A stretch of DNA of 64,000 nucleotides from an uncultured Methanomassiliicoccales archaeon (lineage in GTDB: Archaea; Thermoplasmatota; Thermoplasmata; RBG-16-68-12; JAJISG01), in the NCBI GenBank assembly GCA_964348155.1, contig CAYGBN010000002.1, positions 3,520 through 67,519 of the forward strand, read 5' to 3'. The translations under genes were made by a program, and so were the position numbers. Below, in pieces: positions 33,645 through 42,921 of the stretch. The notes beneath the pieces were generated by a model. It was given only the letters and a program-made list of their open reading frames with translations. It ran no database searches and was not told the origin of the DNA. Positions within the stretch are counted from its first letter, which is position 1; each line of letters opens with the position of its first letter.

Positions 33645-34364
33645 CTAGGTCTCCTGGAGGCGGCGCAGGTAGGCGCCCACCTCGTCCAAGGTGAGCATGC
33701 GGAACCGCTCCCCCTCCTCCATGACGCCGACCTCCACGGCGTCGGGCTTCAGATCCTCGTCCGCGGCGCTCTGGAGGGCCTCCAGGCCGAGGACAACAGC
33801 GGCATCCCGGTCCATCTCTTCCTGGTACTTCTCCTCGAAGACCTCGCGAACGGCGTTGCTCCCGGAGCCGATGCTCCCCGCCTTGTAGGAGACGAGGGCC
33901 CCGCTGGGGTCCGTCTCGTAGAGGTGGATGCCCTGGTCGTCCACGCCTCCGATGAGGAGGGCGGTGCCGAAGGGGCGGACGCCCCCGTACTGGGTGTAGT
34001 TCTGCTTGTAGTCGCACACCCGCTTCACGAGCATGTCCACGGAGATGGGCTCCTTATAGGTGACCTTGTTGATCTGGGCAGCCACTCGGGCGTAGTCCAC
34101 CAGGACCCGAGCGTCCGCCACCAGGCCGGAGGTGGCGCAGCCGATGTGCTGGTCGATCTGGAAGATCTTCTCGATGGAGGAGGGCTCCATGAGGCGGGTG
34201 CTGACGCCCTTCCCCGCCAGGAGCACAACGCCATCCTTGAACTTGAGTCCCGCGGTGGTCGCGCCCCGGGTTACCGCCACCCGGGCGTACTCGACTTGGA
34301 AGAGGCGACCGTCGGGGGAGAAGACGGTGATGGCGCGGTCGTATGCCATTTGGCCTGGTTGCAC
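33645..34364 (-). CDS. psmA: Proteasome alpha subunit
   Basis: MQPGQMAYDRAITVFSPDGRLFQVEYA… Full-length PsmA. TATA-like GTTTATAG lies about 40 nt upstream. Confidence 0.95.
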   Translation of the reverse strand: MQPGQMAYDRAITVFSPDGRLFQVEYARVAVTRGATTAGLKFKDGVVLLAGKGVSTRLMEPSSIEKIFQIDQHIGCATSGLVADARVLVDYARVAAQINKVTYKEPISVDMLVKRVCDYKQNYTQYGGVRPFGTALLIGGVDDQGIHLYETDPSGALVSYKAGSIGSGSNAVREVFEEKYQEEMDRDAAVVLGLEALQSAADEDLKPDAVEVGVMEEGERFRMLTLDEVGAYLRRLQET

Positions 34365-34455
34365 AAACTCACCTGGAGGCGACTAAAGGCCTCGAATCTA
34401 TAAACCTTCTCCCGTGGCTGGAACGGGCTGATAACCACCCTCTGGCGGACCCTCA

Positions 34456-34770
34456 TCAACCCTGGGATGGGTCCATGTACTTCCGCCGCGCCCGGCGGAT
34501 GGTCCCGGAGGTTCCCAGGGTGCGGACGCGCACGGGGGCGCCACCCACCCGGCGGATGCCCTGCAGCATGCGAATGGCCTCCTCCTTCGCCGTGTGGGGG
34601 CAGCGCACGATGCCCTGCCCCCCCTCCAGGGCGACGAGCCAGGGGCGGGAGGCCTCGGGCAGGCCGAGGGAGGCTTCCCGAAGGGCCTGGAGGAAAGCGG
34701 CCCGCTCCACCTCCCCTCCTTCCACCCGGAAGGCGACGTAGCGATGCCGGCCCGTCCGATCCTTCACCAC
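34456..34770 (-). CDS. RNase P protein component Pop5 (Rnp2)
   Basis: …KDRTGRHRYVAFRVEGGEVER… resembles the Pop5 N-terminus (RYIAFEI…). Located immediately upstream of psmA, as in the conserved archaeal superoperon. Confidence 0.55.
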   Translation of the reverse strand: MVKDRTGRHRYVAFRVEGGEVERAAFLQALREASLGLPEASRPWLVALEGGQGIVRCPHTAKEEAIRMLQGIRRVGGAPVRVRTLGTSGTIRRARRKYMDPSQG

Positions 34771-34798
34771 CGTGGGGATCCCTGGGTCCCAAAGGGGC

Positions 34799-35908
34799 TC
34801 AGCTGATAAGGTCTAGCTCCCCCTCCACCACGTAGGCGGTCTCCTTTCCCAGGAGGTTCTCTCCGTGGACCCCCGTCAGCACGACCAGAACCTGGACCTC
34901 CTCGTGGAGGTCGGGGTCCACGGAGCAACCCCAGATGAGTCGGGCCATGGGGTTGATGGTGTCCCCCACAAGCTCCGCCGCCAACTCCGCCTCCGAAACG
35001 GTGAGGTCGGCGCCCCCGACGACGCGAATCAGGGCTCCGCCCACCTGGCTCAGGTCCACCGCCCCGAGGAGCGGCGACTCCAGGGCCTCCGCCACGGCCA
35101 CCTCGATGCGGTCCCGCTCCCGGGATCCCTCGCCCAGGCCGATCATGGCCGTTCCTCCCTCCTCGATGATCGTCAGGAGGTCGCTGAAGTCGATGTTCAC
35201 CAGGCCGGGTCGGGTGACGATCTCCGTCATCCCCTTGATGCTCTGGGTCAGAATCTCGTCCGCCACCTTGAAGGCGTGGTCCAGCGGAAGGTCCGGGACG
35301 AGCTCCAGGAGCTTGTCGTTCGCGATGACGGCGGTGGTGTCGCAGTAGCGACGGAGCTTCGCCAGGCCGCCCTCGGCGTTCTCCCGTCGCATCCCTCCCT
35401 CCGCCGTGAAGGGCATCGTGATGACCCCCATGACCAGGGCGCCCGTGTCCTTGGCCAGGCGGGCCACCATGGGGGCGACGCCGGTCCCGGTGCCTCCGCC
35501 GAGACCCGCCGTAACGAAGACCACGTTGGCCCCCTGAAGCAGGGCCCGGAGCTCCCCCTGAGACTCCGTGGCCGCCCTCTCGCCCACCTCCGGCAGGGCC
35601 CCCGCCCCCAGGCCGCGGGTGACCCGCTTCCCCAGGAGGACCTTCTTGGGGGACCGGATGTGGAGGAGGTGCTTGGCGTCGGTGTTGATGGCCACGAGCT
35701 GCGCTCCCAGGACCCCCGTCTCCGTTAGCCGGCTGATGGTGTTGGACCCTCCCCCGCCGCATCCCACGATCTTGATGCTCACGTCCAGGGCGTTCACGAT
35801 GCGCCGGAGCTCCGCATCCTCCTCCGGCGACTCGTACGCGGGGACCTCCGCCTCCCCGGCGGGGGCCGAACGAATTCGCTCAATGGCCTGGTTGACAATG
35901 GACCGCAT
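34799..35908 (-). CDS. ftsZ: Cell division GTPase FtsZ
   Basis: [17 protein letters not shown]…[22 protein letters not shown] (tubulin signature GGGTGTG) plus the C-terminal domain. Start assigned to the internal ATG ([12 protein letters not shown]). Confidence 0.9.
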   Translation of the reverse strand: MRSIVNQAIERIRSAPAGEAEVPAYESPEEDAELRRIVNALDVSIKIVGCGGGGSNTISRLTETGVLGAQLVAINTDAKHLLHIRSPKKVLLGKRVTRGLGAGALPEVGERAATESQGELRALLQGANVVFVTAGLGGGTGTGVAPMVARLAKDTGALVMGVITMPFTAEGGMRRENAEGGLAKLRRYCDTTAVIANDKLLELVPDLPLDHAFKVADEILTQSIKGMTEIVTRPGLVNIDFSDLLTIIEEGGTAMIGLGEGSRERDRIEVAVAEALESPLLGAVDLSQVGGALIRVVGGADLTVSEAELAAELVGDTINPMARLIWGCSVDPDLHEEVQVLVVLTGVHGENLLGKETAYVVEGELDLIS

Positions 35909-35984
35909 GCCGCATCCCATCCCTTGGGTGGCCGGCATCCCCTCCAGGCTATTTAAGCCTGACCCGCAGGCCCGGGCCAACGGC

Positions 35985-36746
35985 CTAGGTCTCCGCCGCG
36001 TGGACCACCAGGCCCCCCGTCCGGATCTCCATGGGCACGATGTACTCCAGGTGGGGGGACCCCTTGTACTTCTCGATGGAGATGAAGCGCTTGATGCCGT
36101 CCTCCTGGCGGAAGCGGTGCAGCCGGACCTCCCCCCGGGCCAGGAAGGTCTCCAGGTTGGATCCCGTGTTGTCCGGGGTCTCCACCGTCATGAGGGCCGT
36201 CTTCCCCGCCTCCGTGAGGAAGCGGATGAAGGATTGCGTGCTGAGGTTCTCCTCGAAGTCCCGCATGCAGAACATGCGCAGGGCCGTCAGGCTGTCGATG
36301 ACCACCCGGGCGTACTTCTTCCGGGTGAAGAGGTTCTTCAGCGCCTGCTGGAGAGAGTGGACCGTGACCTCCCGGGACTCCCCCTCGGGCGTCTTGCGGA
36401 TCTTGAAGGGGATGGTCTTCATGGGGACGGCGCCGATCTCCGAGGAGATCTCCAGGATGGGCTTGGGCTCGAACCGGCGGATGTCGGAATTGGCGTCCAG
36501 GATGTCCACGTCCCCCACCTTCCACTCGTGGGACTCCATGTTGTACCGGATCTCGTTGGGGGGCTCCTCCAGGGCGACGAAGAGGACCTGCTCCCCCGTC
36601 TTCATCCCCTCCAGGAGGAACTGCGTGCAGAGGGTCGTCTTCCCGCTCCCGGGAGGGCCGGCGACGATGTAGGGGCGGCCGGGGATGAGGCCGCCGTCCA
36701 GCATGACGTCCAGCCCCTCCACGCCGGTCCGGATCTTCTCCACCAT
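35985..36746 (-). CDS. KaiC-like single-domain RecA-superfamily ATPase
   Basis: [40 protein letters not shown]…VVIDSLTAL… Walker A and B. 253 aa. Confidence 0.8.
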   Translation of the reverse strand: MVEKIRTGVEGLDVMLDGGLIPGRPYIVAGPPGSGKTTLCTQFLLEGMKTGEQVLFVALEEPPNEIRYNMESHEWKVGDVDILDANSDIRRFEPKPILEISSEIGAVPMKTIPFKIRKTPEGESREVTVHSLQQALKNLFTRKKYARVVIDSLTALRMFCMRDFEENLSTQSFIRFLTEAGKTALMTVETPDNTGSNLETFLARGEVRLHRFRQEDGIKRFISIEKYKGSPHLEYIVPMEIRTGGLVVHAAET

Positions 36747-36749
36747 GGG

Positions 36750-37805
36750 CTAGCCCCCCGCGGTCACGGGCACCGAGGCGCGCTCCTTCCGTCTTCGCAG
36801 GGCCTTCAGCAGGGGCACGCACTGCCGCAGGACGTCGTCGTGGCGTCCCAACTGGAGGTGGACCATGACCCGGTAGATGCGGGGCTTCAGATCCTGGATG
36901 CTCACCCCCTTGGCCTCCAGGTCCTCCCAGAGGAGGATGATCTCCTCCAGGACCTCGAAGGCCTCGTCGGCCATGATGTCGTGGACGAAGCGCTTCAGCA
37001 CCCCGTCCGTGCGCTTCCCGTGGAGGGCGACCTCCCCGCCGCCCTGGACGAAGAGGCCCTCCTTGCCGATGACCATGGGCCGGTAGTGCTCGTCGAAGGG
37101 GGAGCCTCGCATCTTCTCGATGGAGATGGCCCGCCGGACGGCGTTGGACTCGAACCACTTCTGGATGCGGATTTCCCCGCGGGCCAGCAGAAACTCCGTA
37201 AGGAGCTCGCCGGGCTCGGGGATCTCCGCGACGATGAGGCTGGTGGCCTCGAGCTCTGCGAGGAACCGCATGAAGGACTGGATGAGGATGCGCCGGTCCT
37301 CTCCCTTCATGCCGAACATCTTCAGGCTGGTCATGGAGTCGATGACGACCCGGGTGTAGCGCTTCCCCGTGGCCTTGAAATGGGCCTGGAACTCCTGCTT
37401 GAGCATCTTCTGGACGGAGTGGATGGAAACCTCCATGCTGCGCATCTTCTGGCTCTTCCGCATCTCGTTGACCTGCTCCATGTCCCGGATGTCCAGGGTC
37501 GTCCCCACGTCGATGATGGACTTGCTCTTGCTGTGGGGCCGGATGTCCGGGGTGGCGTCCAGGATGCGGAGGCGGTCCAGGTTCCAGCCGAAGTGGGCCA
37601 GGTTGTCCTTGATCTCGTTGGGGGGCTCGTCCACGGCCACGAGGATGACGCTCTCCCCGTTCTGGATCCCCGCCAGGAGGAACTGCACCCCGAGGATGCT
37701 CTTCCCGCTCCCCGGAGGGCCGGAGACGATGTAGGGGCGACCCGGGATGAGGCCGCCGTCGAGCATCTCGTCCAATCCCTCCACGCCCGTGGAGATCCGA
37801 TTCAT
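36750..37805 (-). CDS. KaiC-like ATPase with ~140-aa C-terminal helical extension
   Basis: [46 protein letters not shown]…VVIDSMTSL… plus an unassigned C-terminal domain. Start chosen at the internal ATG ([12 protein letters not shown]). An alternative upstream start lies at 37925. A 3-nt gap separates it from the downstream KaiC-like gene. Confidence 0.75.
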   Translation of the reverse strand: MNRISTGVEGLDEMLDGGLIPGRPYIVSGPPGSGKSILGVQFLLAGIQNGESVILVAVDEPPNEIKDNLAHFGWNLDRLRILDATPDIRPHSKSKSIIDVGTTLDIRDMEQVNEMRKSQKMRSMEVSIHSVQKMLKQEFQAHFKATGKRYTRVVIDSMTSLKMFGMKGEDRRILIQSFMRFLAELEATSLIVAEIPEPGELLTEFLLARGEIRIQKWFESNAVRRAISIEKMRGSPFDEHYRPMVIGKEGLFVQGGGEVALHGKRTDGVLKRFVHDIMADEAFEVLEEIILLWEDLEAKGVSIQDLKPRIYRVMVHLQLGRHDDVLRQCVPLLKALRRRKERASVPVTAGG

Positions 37806-38092
37806 GGTCCGCAGCCCGGGCCTCCCCTCGGCCGCGAGAGTGATAAGCCTATCCGTACGATTCTTACAGGCGATAAGGTGGCTGCCGGGGGATAGCGGGG
37901 CCTGGACGCTCCGTCCGAGGCTCACGGCACGTGCCGCCCTCGGACCTTTGAACCAGGGATCTCCGGGTTATGAGCCCGGCGGGATTTTAGGCGCTGTTCA
38001 CCGGAAAGGACCGGGATCCAGGGTTTCCTAGCTACCCCACCCCGCTTCCCCTCTCCCACCGACGCGGGGAATATTAAGGTATCGGGGCCACC

Positions 38093-38428
38093 CTATGACA
38101 GCAGCTTCCGGAAGCGGAGGGTGTCCTCGAGGGACGCCTTCACCCTGAGCTTTCCCGTGGCCAGAGCCTTGAAGGGGGCGATCTCCCGGGCGATGACGCC
38201 CCGGAGAACCTCCTCGTCGGCGGTGATGGTCAGATCGGCGTCGCCCTGCGCCTGGCCCTCCTCCAAGTCCACGATCTGGCCCTCCTCCAGCCGCATGTTA
38301 TACGTGGCCCTGTCCGTCACCACCTGAATGCGCTTCACCATGCCCGCCAGCTCCTCTTGCATGCGAGGGTTCGTTCGGGCCCGCTCGTTGAAGCGCCGGA
38401 TGAGGTCCTCCAGAAGGTCGCGCACGCT
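38093..38428 (-). CDS. SCP2 (sterol carrier protein 2-like) domain protein
   Basis: …NPRMQEELAGMVKRIQVVTDRATYNMRLEEGQIVDLEEG…KALATGKLRVKASLEDTLRFRKL. SCP2 fold. Start assigned to an internal GTG. The rest of the track ORF is artefact overlapping rnhB. Confidence 0.6.
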   Translation of the reverse strand, partial: SVRDLLEDLIRRFNERARTNPRMQEELAGMVKRIQVVTDRATYNMRLEEGQIVDLEEGQAQGDADLTITADEEVLRGVIAREIAPFKALATGKLRVKASLEDTLRFRKLLS

Positions 38429-39071
38429 ACCACTCCGTGAGCTTTCGCAGCTTGGCCCGGGCCAGCAGGCGCTGGGAGGTTCTCCACGCCCGCCGGGCGT
38501 GGGGGGGCACGTCCCCTTGCTCCCGCACCCATGCCCGCAGGAAGGCCACGGTCTGGGGGTCGTGGGCGTAGCCGCTCCCCACGGGCTGCCCAAGCTCCGC
38601 ACCGATGCGCTCCATCTCCTCGTCCCGCCGAACCTTCGCCACGATGGAGGCGGCAGAGACCACCGGGTGCCGTTCGTCCGCCCCATGCTCCGACCGCAGC
38701 GGGAGGTCGTAGCCCACGCCCCGGAGGATCTGGCGTCGAAATCGGGCCTCGGAGGTGTCGCAGCAATCCACCACGACCTCGTCAGGGGCCAGGGCCCGAA
38801 TGACGTCCGCGAAGAGGGTCGCCTCCAAGAGGTTGAGGGAGGTCGCGTCCATCCCTCGGTCCAACTCCGCCGCGGAGACCACGCGAACCTGGCACTCCGC
38901 CACCGCCTGGACCTCCTGGGCCAGGCCTCGTCTTCGCTGGGGAGTCAACCGCTTGGAGTCCCGAACGCCCAGAGACCGCAGGGAGCCGGGGTCCGTGGTC
39001 AGGACTCCCGCCACGACCAAGGGCCCCAGGACGGGGCCGCGTCCCGCCTCGTCGACGCCCAGAACCCTCAG
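38427..39071 (-). CDS. rnhB: Ribonuclease HII
   Basis: …LRVLGVDEAGRGPVLGPLVVAGVL…DSKRLTP…VDCCDTSEARF…SAASIVAKVRRD. RNase HII catalytic residues are present. The N-terminus begins at an in-frame CTG (39069-39071) that overlaps the upstream gene's TGA (CTGA). No ATG/GTG/TTG is available. Confidence 0.8.
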   Translation of the reverse strand: MRVLGVDEAGRGPVLGPLVVAGVLTTDPGSLRSLGVRDSKRLTPQRRRGLAQEVQAVAECQVRVVSAAELDRGMDATSLNLLEATLFADVIRALAPDEVVVDCCDTSEARFRRQILRGVGYDLPLRSEHGADERHPVVSAASIVAKVRRDEEMERIGAELGQPVGSGYAHDPQTVAFLRAWVREQGDVPPHARRAWRTSQRLLARAKLRKLTEW

Positions 39072-40339
39072 GGGGCCACCTCCCGACGCAGGCCCTCCAC
39101 ATCCTCCCGCAGGGCCGCGACGTCGACTCCGGTGAGTGCGCCGTTCTCCACCACGATCCGCCCCTCCACGACGACGTCCCTCACCTGACCTCCCTCCGCC
39201 AGATACACCAGGTAGGATAAGACCTCCGACGGATCGCGGGGGGGCCGCCGGCCCCGGAGATCGAGGACGACCACATCGGCGACGGTGCCCGCCTGGAGGG
39301 ATCCCCCCTCCAACCCCAGGACCTTCGCCCCGCCCCGGGTGCAGAGGTCCAGCACGAGGGAAGCCGTGGCGGCCCCCGGGTCCCACCGCGCGGCCTTGTG
39401 CTGGCCTGCGCAACCCCGCATGTGCTGGAAGAGGTCCAGGGTGCCGACCTGGGCGGGGGAGGCCGTGCCCAGGGCGACGGAGACGCCCTCCGCCCGCACC
39501 TCCGGCAGGGCCAGGCTGCCTCCCGTTCCACCCATGGCGTCGGCCAGGGGGCAGTGGACGACCTGCGCCCCGGATCGGCCGAGGGCGCGAATCTCGTTCA
39601 AGGTGAGCCAGACGGCGTGAAGGGCCAGGAGACGGGGGGAAAGGAGGCCGCGGGCCTCCAGCCAGGCTCCGGGCCGGTCGCCCGTGGCACGCTGGAAGCG
39701 GTAGACCTCGCGGCGGGTGCGGGCCAGGGGCAGGCACCATCGCAGGCCCCGATCCTCCGCGAAGGCCGCCACCTCCTCCAAGAGGGCAGGGTCCTCCGGG
39801 TTCGCGACCCCCACCGAGGGTTCCACACGGTCCCACGCCTGTACGCGGGCAAGCCCCTTGGCGCACCCCTCCAGCTCTTCGGGGGAGGCCACCTCCCAGC
39901 AGGGGAAGCCTCGGCTCCCCACCTGCGTCACGGCGCGGGCCAGCTCCTCCGCCCCTGGGAAGAGGTCGAGAAAGGACGTCGTTCCCCCAAGGAGCATCTC
40001 CGCAGCGGCCGCGGCCGCGGCGAGCTCCACGTCCCGACGGGTGAGGTTCTCCCGCAGAAGGCGGCGGCGCTCGCGCAGGTCCTCCGGAGGAAGGTCGCGG
40101 GGCGGGCCCAGCAGGAGGTCGACGGCCCGCGTGTAGGCGTTGACGAGCCCCGGGAGCACGAGGCATCCCGCGGCGTCCAGGACGTGGTCCGCGCCCTGGT
40201 CCGCGCCCCGTTCGGGTCCGGCGACCTCCGCCACGCGCCCGCCCTCCACGTAGAGGTTGCCCTCCACCACCCGGCGGCCGTCGTCCTGGGTGACCAGAAG
40301 GCCCCCCTTCACCAGGAGGGACACGCCCGGAGCCATCCC
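39068..40339 (-). CDS. Amidohydrolase-family deaminase/chlorohydrolase (MtaD/SsnA/TrzA-like)
   Basis: MAPGVSLLVKGGLLVT…VLPGLVNAYTR (metal-binding)…HAVWL…HCPLADAM. Amidohydrolase_1 fold. Confidence 0.7.
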   Translation of the reverse strand, partial: GMAPGVSLLVKGGLLVTQDDGRRVVEGNLYVEGGRVAEVAGPERGADQGADHVLDAAGCLVLPGLVNAYTRAVDLLLGPPRDLPPEDLRERRRLLRENLTRRDVELAAAAAAAEMLLGGTTSFLDLFPGAEELARAVTQVGSRGFPCWEVASPEELEGCAKGLARVQAWDRVEPSVGVANPEDPALLEEVAAFAEDRGLRWCLPLARTRREVYRFQRATGDRPGAWLEARGLLSPRLLALHAVWLTLNEIRALGRSGAQVVHCPLADAMGGTGGSLALPEVRAEGVSVALGTASPAQVGTLDLFQHMRGCAGQHKAARWDPGAATASLVLDLCTRGGAKVLGLEGGSLQAGTVADVVVLDLRGRRPPRDPSEVLSYLVYLAEGGQVRDVVVEGRIVVENGALTGVDVAALREDVEGLRREVAP

Positions 40340-40393
40340 CGCCTCTCTATTTGAAGGCCGGGCCCGGGCAAGGTTTAACTCCGCCGGCCTTTG

Positions 40394-41327
40394 GGTGCGC
40401 GTGGACTTTCTCCGGGAGGTGCGCGCCCTCCTGCGGCAGGTCCCGCGGGGACGCGTGACGAGCTTCAAGGCCGTGGCCGAAGCGCTGGGAGATGTCCGGG
40501 CCGCGAAGGCGGTCCGACAGGTCCTCCGCGAGGCGCGTCCCGAGGGGTGGCACCGCGTCGTGCGGGCCGACGGCGGCCTCTCCTTCCCGGAGGCCCGCGC
40601 GCCCCTCCAGGAGGAGGGGGTGCCCGTGACCGACGGGCGGGTGGAGGGCTTCACGGCACGGAAGCTAGACGCCCTCGCCTCCACGCACCCCCTCCGGGCC
40701 CTCCGGGAGGAGCAGCGCAACCTGGCTCGTCGCGTCCGCCTGGAGGACGCCCCCGAGGAGGGGGGAACGGTGGCGGGGTTCGACGTCGCCTACGAGGGGG
40801 AGCGGGCCTACGCTGCGGCGGTTGTCGTGGCCCCGGACAGCCTGGAGGTGCTTCAGCAAGTCGCCCTCACCACCCCGGTCACCTTCCCCTACGTGCCCAC
40901 ATACCTGGCCCATCGCGAGTGGGGGCCCCTCGCCCGCTGCTACGAGCGCCTTGAGGATCCCCTGGCCCTCCTCCTGGTTGACGGCAACGGAATCCTCCAT
41001 CCGGCGCGCTTCGGCATCGCCTGTCTCGTGGGCGTCCGCACGGGACGTCCCACCGTGGGGGTGGCCAAGAGCCTCCTCCTGGGGGAGGTGGCAGGGGCTC
41101 CGGGGCCCGGGGAGGCGGCGGAGGTGCGGCACCAAGAGGACATCCTGGGCTACGCCTTTCGGCCGGCCGAGGGAAAGCCCATCTACATCTCCCCCGGCCA
41201 CCGCATTAGCCTGGCCACGGCTCTGGAGCGCGTCCGAGGGCTCTGTCGCCAGCGCATCCCGGAGCCCCTCCGCCTGGCCCACCGCGCCTGCAGCCAGCTG
41301 CGCCGCGAGGGGGCGCAGGGGTCTTAA
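40394..41327 (+). CDS. nfi: Alkyltransferase-like (MGMT DNA-binding domain with Trp in place of the active-site Cys) fused to endonuclease V
   Basis: N-terminus …VTSFKAVAEALGDVRAAKAVRQVLREARPEGWHRVVRADGGLSF is MGMT-fold, with WHRVV where Ogt has PCHRVV. C-terminus GFDVAYEGERAYAAAVV…PYVPTYLAHREWGP…LLVDGNGILHPARFGIACLVGV…PTVGVAKS is EndoV (catalytic D/E/D/H/K present). GTG start at about 40394-40400. Confidence 0.75.
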
Positions 41328-41350
41328 GGGCGCTGGCTCCATGGCCCTCC

Positions 41351-42283
41351 GTGCGCTTCCTGGTCTTTGGGGCCGGGGCCCTGGGGAGCCTCTTGGGCGG
41401 CCTCCTCTCCCGGAGGCACGAGGTGGTGCTCGTCGCCCGGGGGCCTCACGCAGAGGCCGTTCGTCGACGAGGGCTCCGCATCTCGGGGAAGACCGAAACG
41501 GTGGCCCGTCCGCGGGCCGTCTACACCGTGGAAGGAGAGGAGCCGCCGGACGTGGTCGTTCTGGCCGTCAAGGCCTACGACACCGCTGAGGCCGTGGAGG
41601 CGCTGCGCCCGTACTGGGACACCTCCGCCTTCCTCTCCCTCCAGAACGGGCTGGGGAACGAGGACCTCTTGGCGGAGAGGACGGAGCGGGTTCTGGGAGG
41701 CGTCACGAGCCAGGGCGTCACGTTCGTCAGGCCGGGGGAGATCTTCCACGCGGGGGTGGGGGCCACCGTCATCGGCCCGTACCGAGACGCCGCCGCGTCG
41801 GACGCCCCCGCCGTCGTCCAGGCGTTCCAGGAGAGCGACCTTCCCTGCCGCCTGGCAGAGGACATCCGGACGGAGCTGTGGCGCAAAGCCCTGGTGAACG
41901 CCTCCATCAACCCCCTCACGGCCCTCCTTCGGGTGCGCAACGGGGAGGTGGCCCGGAGCGAGGCCCTCCGGGGGATCGTGAAGGAGGTGGTGGACGAAGG
42001 CGTGCGGACGGCCGGCGCCCACGGCGTCCGCCTGGAGGTGGGGGAGGTGTTGGCGCAGGTGTGGAAGACCGCGAAGGCCACGGCGGAGAACCGCTCCAGC
42101 ATGCTCCAGGACTTGGAAGCAGGCCGGCGGACGGAGATCGCGGCCATCAACGGCGCGCTGGTGGAACGTGGAAGCCGCGTGGGCATCCCGTGCCCGGCCA
42201 ACGCGACCCTCATGCGCCTCGTCCAAGCCGCGGAAGCGGCGGGGCGGGAGGCCCTCCTACGGGCCCGCGAGGCTCCTCCCTGA
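41351..42283 (+). CDS. panE: 2-dehydropantoate 2-reductase (ketopantoate reductase, ApbA/PanE)
   Basis: MRFLVFGAGALGSLLGGLL (Rossmann)…C-terminal ApbA domain …TELWRKALVNASINPLTALL…. Confidence 0.8.
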   Translation: MRFLVFGAGALGSLLGGLLSRRHEVVLVARGPHAEAVRRRGLRISGKTETVARPRAVYTVEGEEPPDVVVLAVKAYDTAEAVEALRPYWDTSAFLSLQNGLGNEDLLAERTERVLGGVTSQGVTFVRPGEIFHAGVGATVIGPYRDAAASDAPAVVQAFQESDLPCRLAEDIRTELWRKALVNASINPLTALLRVRNGEVARSEALRGIVKEVVDEGVRTAGAHGVRLEVGEVLAQVWKTAKATAENRSSMLQDLEAGRRTEIAAINGALVERGSRVGIPCPANATLMRLVQAAEAAGREALLRAREAPP

Positions 42284-42285
42284 CA

Positions 42286-42342
42286 AAGCATTTATAAGCG
42301 CCCTTTAAATACTGGTGAACCAGCGGGAAGCTCTTTTTCCGC
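42286..42342 (+). promoter_or_regulatory. tbp promoter: two TATA-like boxes (TTTATAA, CTTTAAATA) 30-55 nt upstream of the GTG start
   Basis: caaagcatttataagcgccctttaaatactggtgaaccagcggg… directly upstream of 42343. Confidence 0.5.
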
Positions 42343-42906
42343 GTGGGAGGAAGTGCGTTGGCAAAGATTAAAATCGAAAACGTCGTGGCATCGACCTCCT
42401 TGGGGGGGGAGCTGGACCTCCAGGCCATCGCCCTGGCCCTGGGCGGGGCGGAGTACGAGCCGGAGCAGTTCCCCGGTCTCATCTACCGATTGAAGGAGCC
42501 CAAGACGGCGACCCTCCTCTTCCGCAGCGGCAAGGTCGTGTGTACCGGCGCCAAGAGCCTGGAAGACGTCCGGACGGCGATCCGGACGGTGGCGGGCCAG
42601 ATTGAGGCCGCCGGCATCGACATCGACAAGGACCCCGAGATCGAGGTTCAGAACATCGTGGCCTCGTCGGACCTGGGGCAGGAGATCAACCTCAACGCCA
42701 TCGCCATCAGCCTGGGGCTGGAGCGGGTGGAGTACGAGCCGGAGCAATTTCCCGGCCTCGTGTATCGTCTGGACGACCCGAAGGTCGTGGTCCTCCTGTT
42801 CGGCAGCGGGAAGCTGGTCTGCACCGGCGCCCGGAAGCCGAACGACGTGGAGCGCGCCGTGGAGCGCATCACGGAGGAGCTCCAGGCGGCAGGCCTTCTG
42901 CGTTAG
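42343..42906 (+). CDS. tbp: TATA-box binding protein
   Basis: Two direct repeats: …IENVVASTSLGGELDLQAIA…QFPGLIYRL… and …VQNIVASSDLGQEINLNAIA…QFPGLVYRL…. Full-length TBP. Confidence 0.95.
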   Translation: MGGSALAKIKIENVVASTSLGGELDLQAIALALGGAEYEPEQFPGLIYRLKEPKTATLLFRSGKVVCTGAKSLEDVRTAIRTVAGQIEAAGIDIDKDPEIEVQNIVASSDLGQEINLNAIAISLGLERVEYEPEQFPGLVYRLDDPKVVVLLFGSGKLVCTGARKPNDVERAVERITEELQAAGLLR

Positions 42907-42921
42907 GCCCCTTGAGGACGC

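Noticed and set aside
35568-37895. 775-aa plus-strand ORF antisense to ftsZ and the KaiC-like genes
   Set aside because: Antisense artefact. The genuine genes have P-loop and tubulin signatures on the minus strand.
37926-38092. Hairpin CCGGG-TTATGAG-CCCGG followed by GGGATTTT as an intrinsic terminator
   Set aside because: It is oriented on the plus strand, where no gene ends upstream. For the flanking minus-strand genes it lies in a promoter/5' region. More likely a 5'-UTR or promoter-proximal structure, so it is not called as a terminator.
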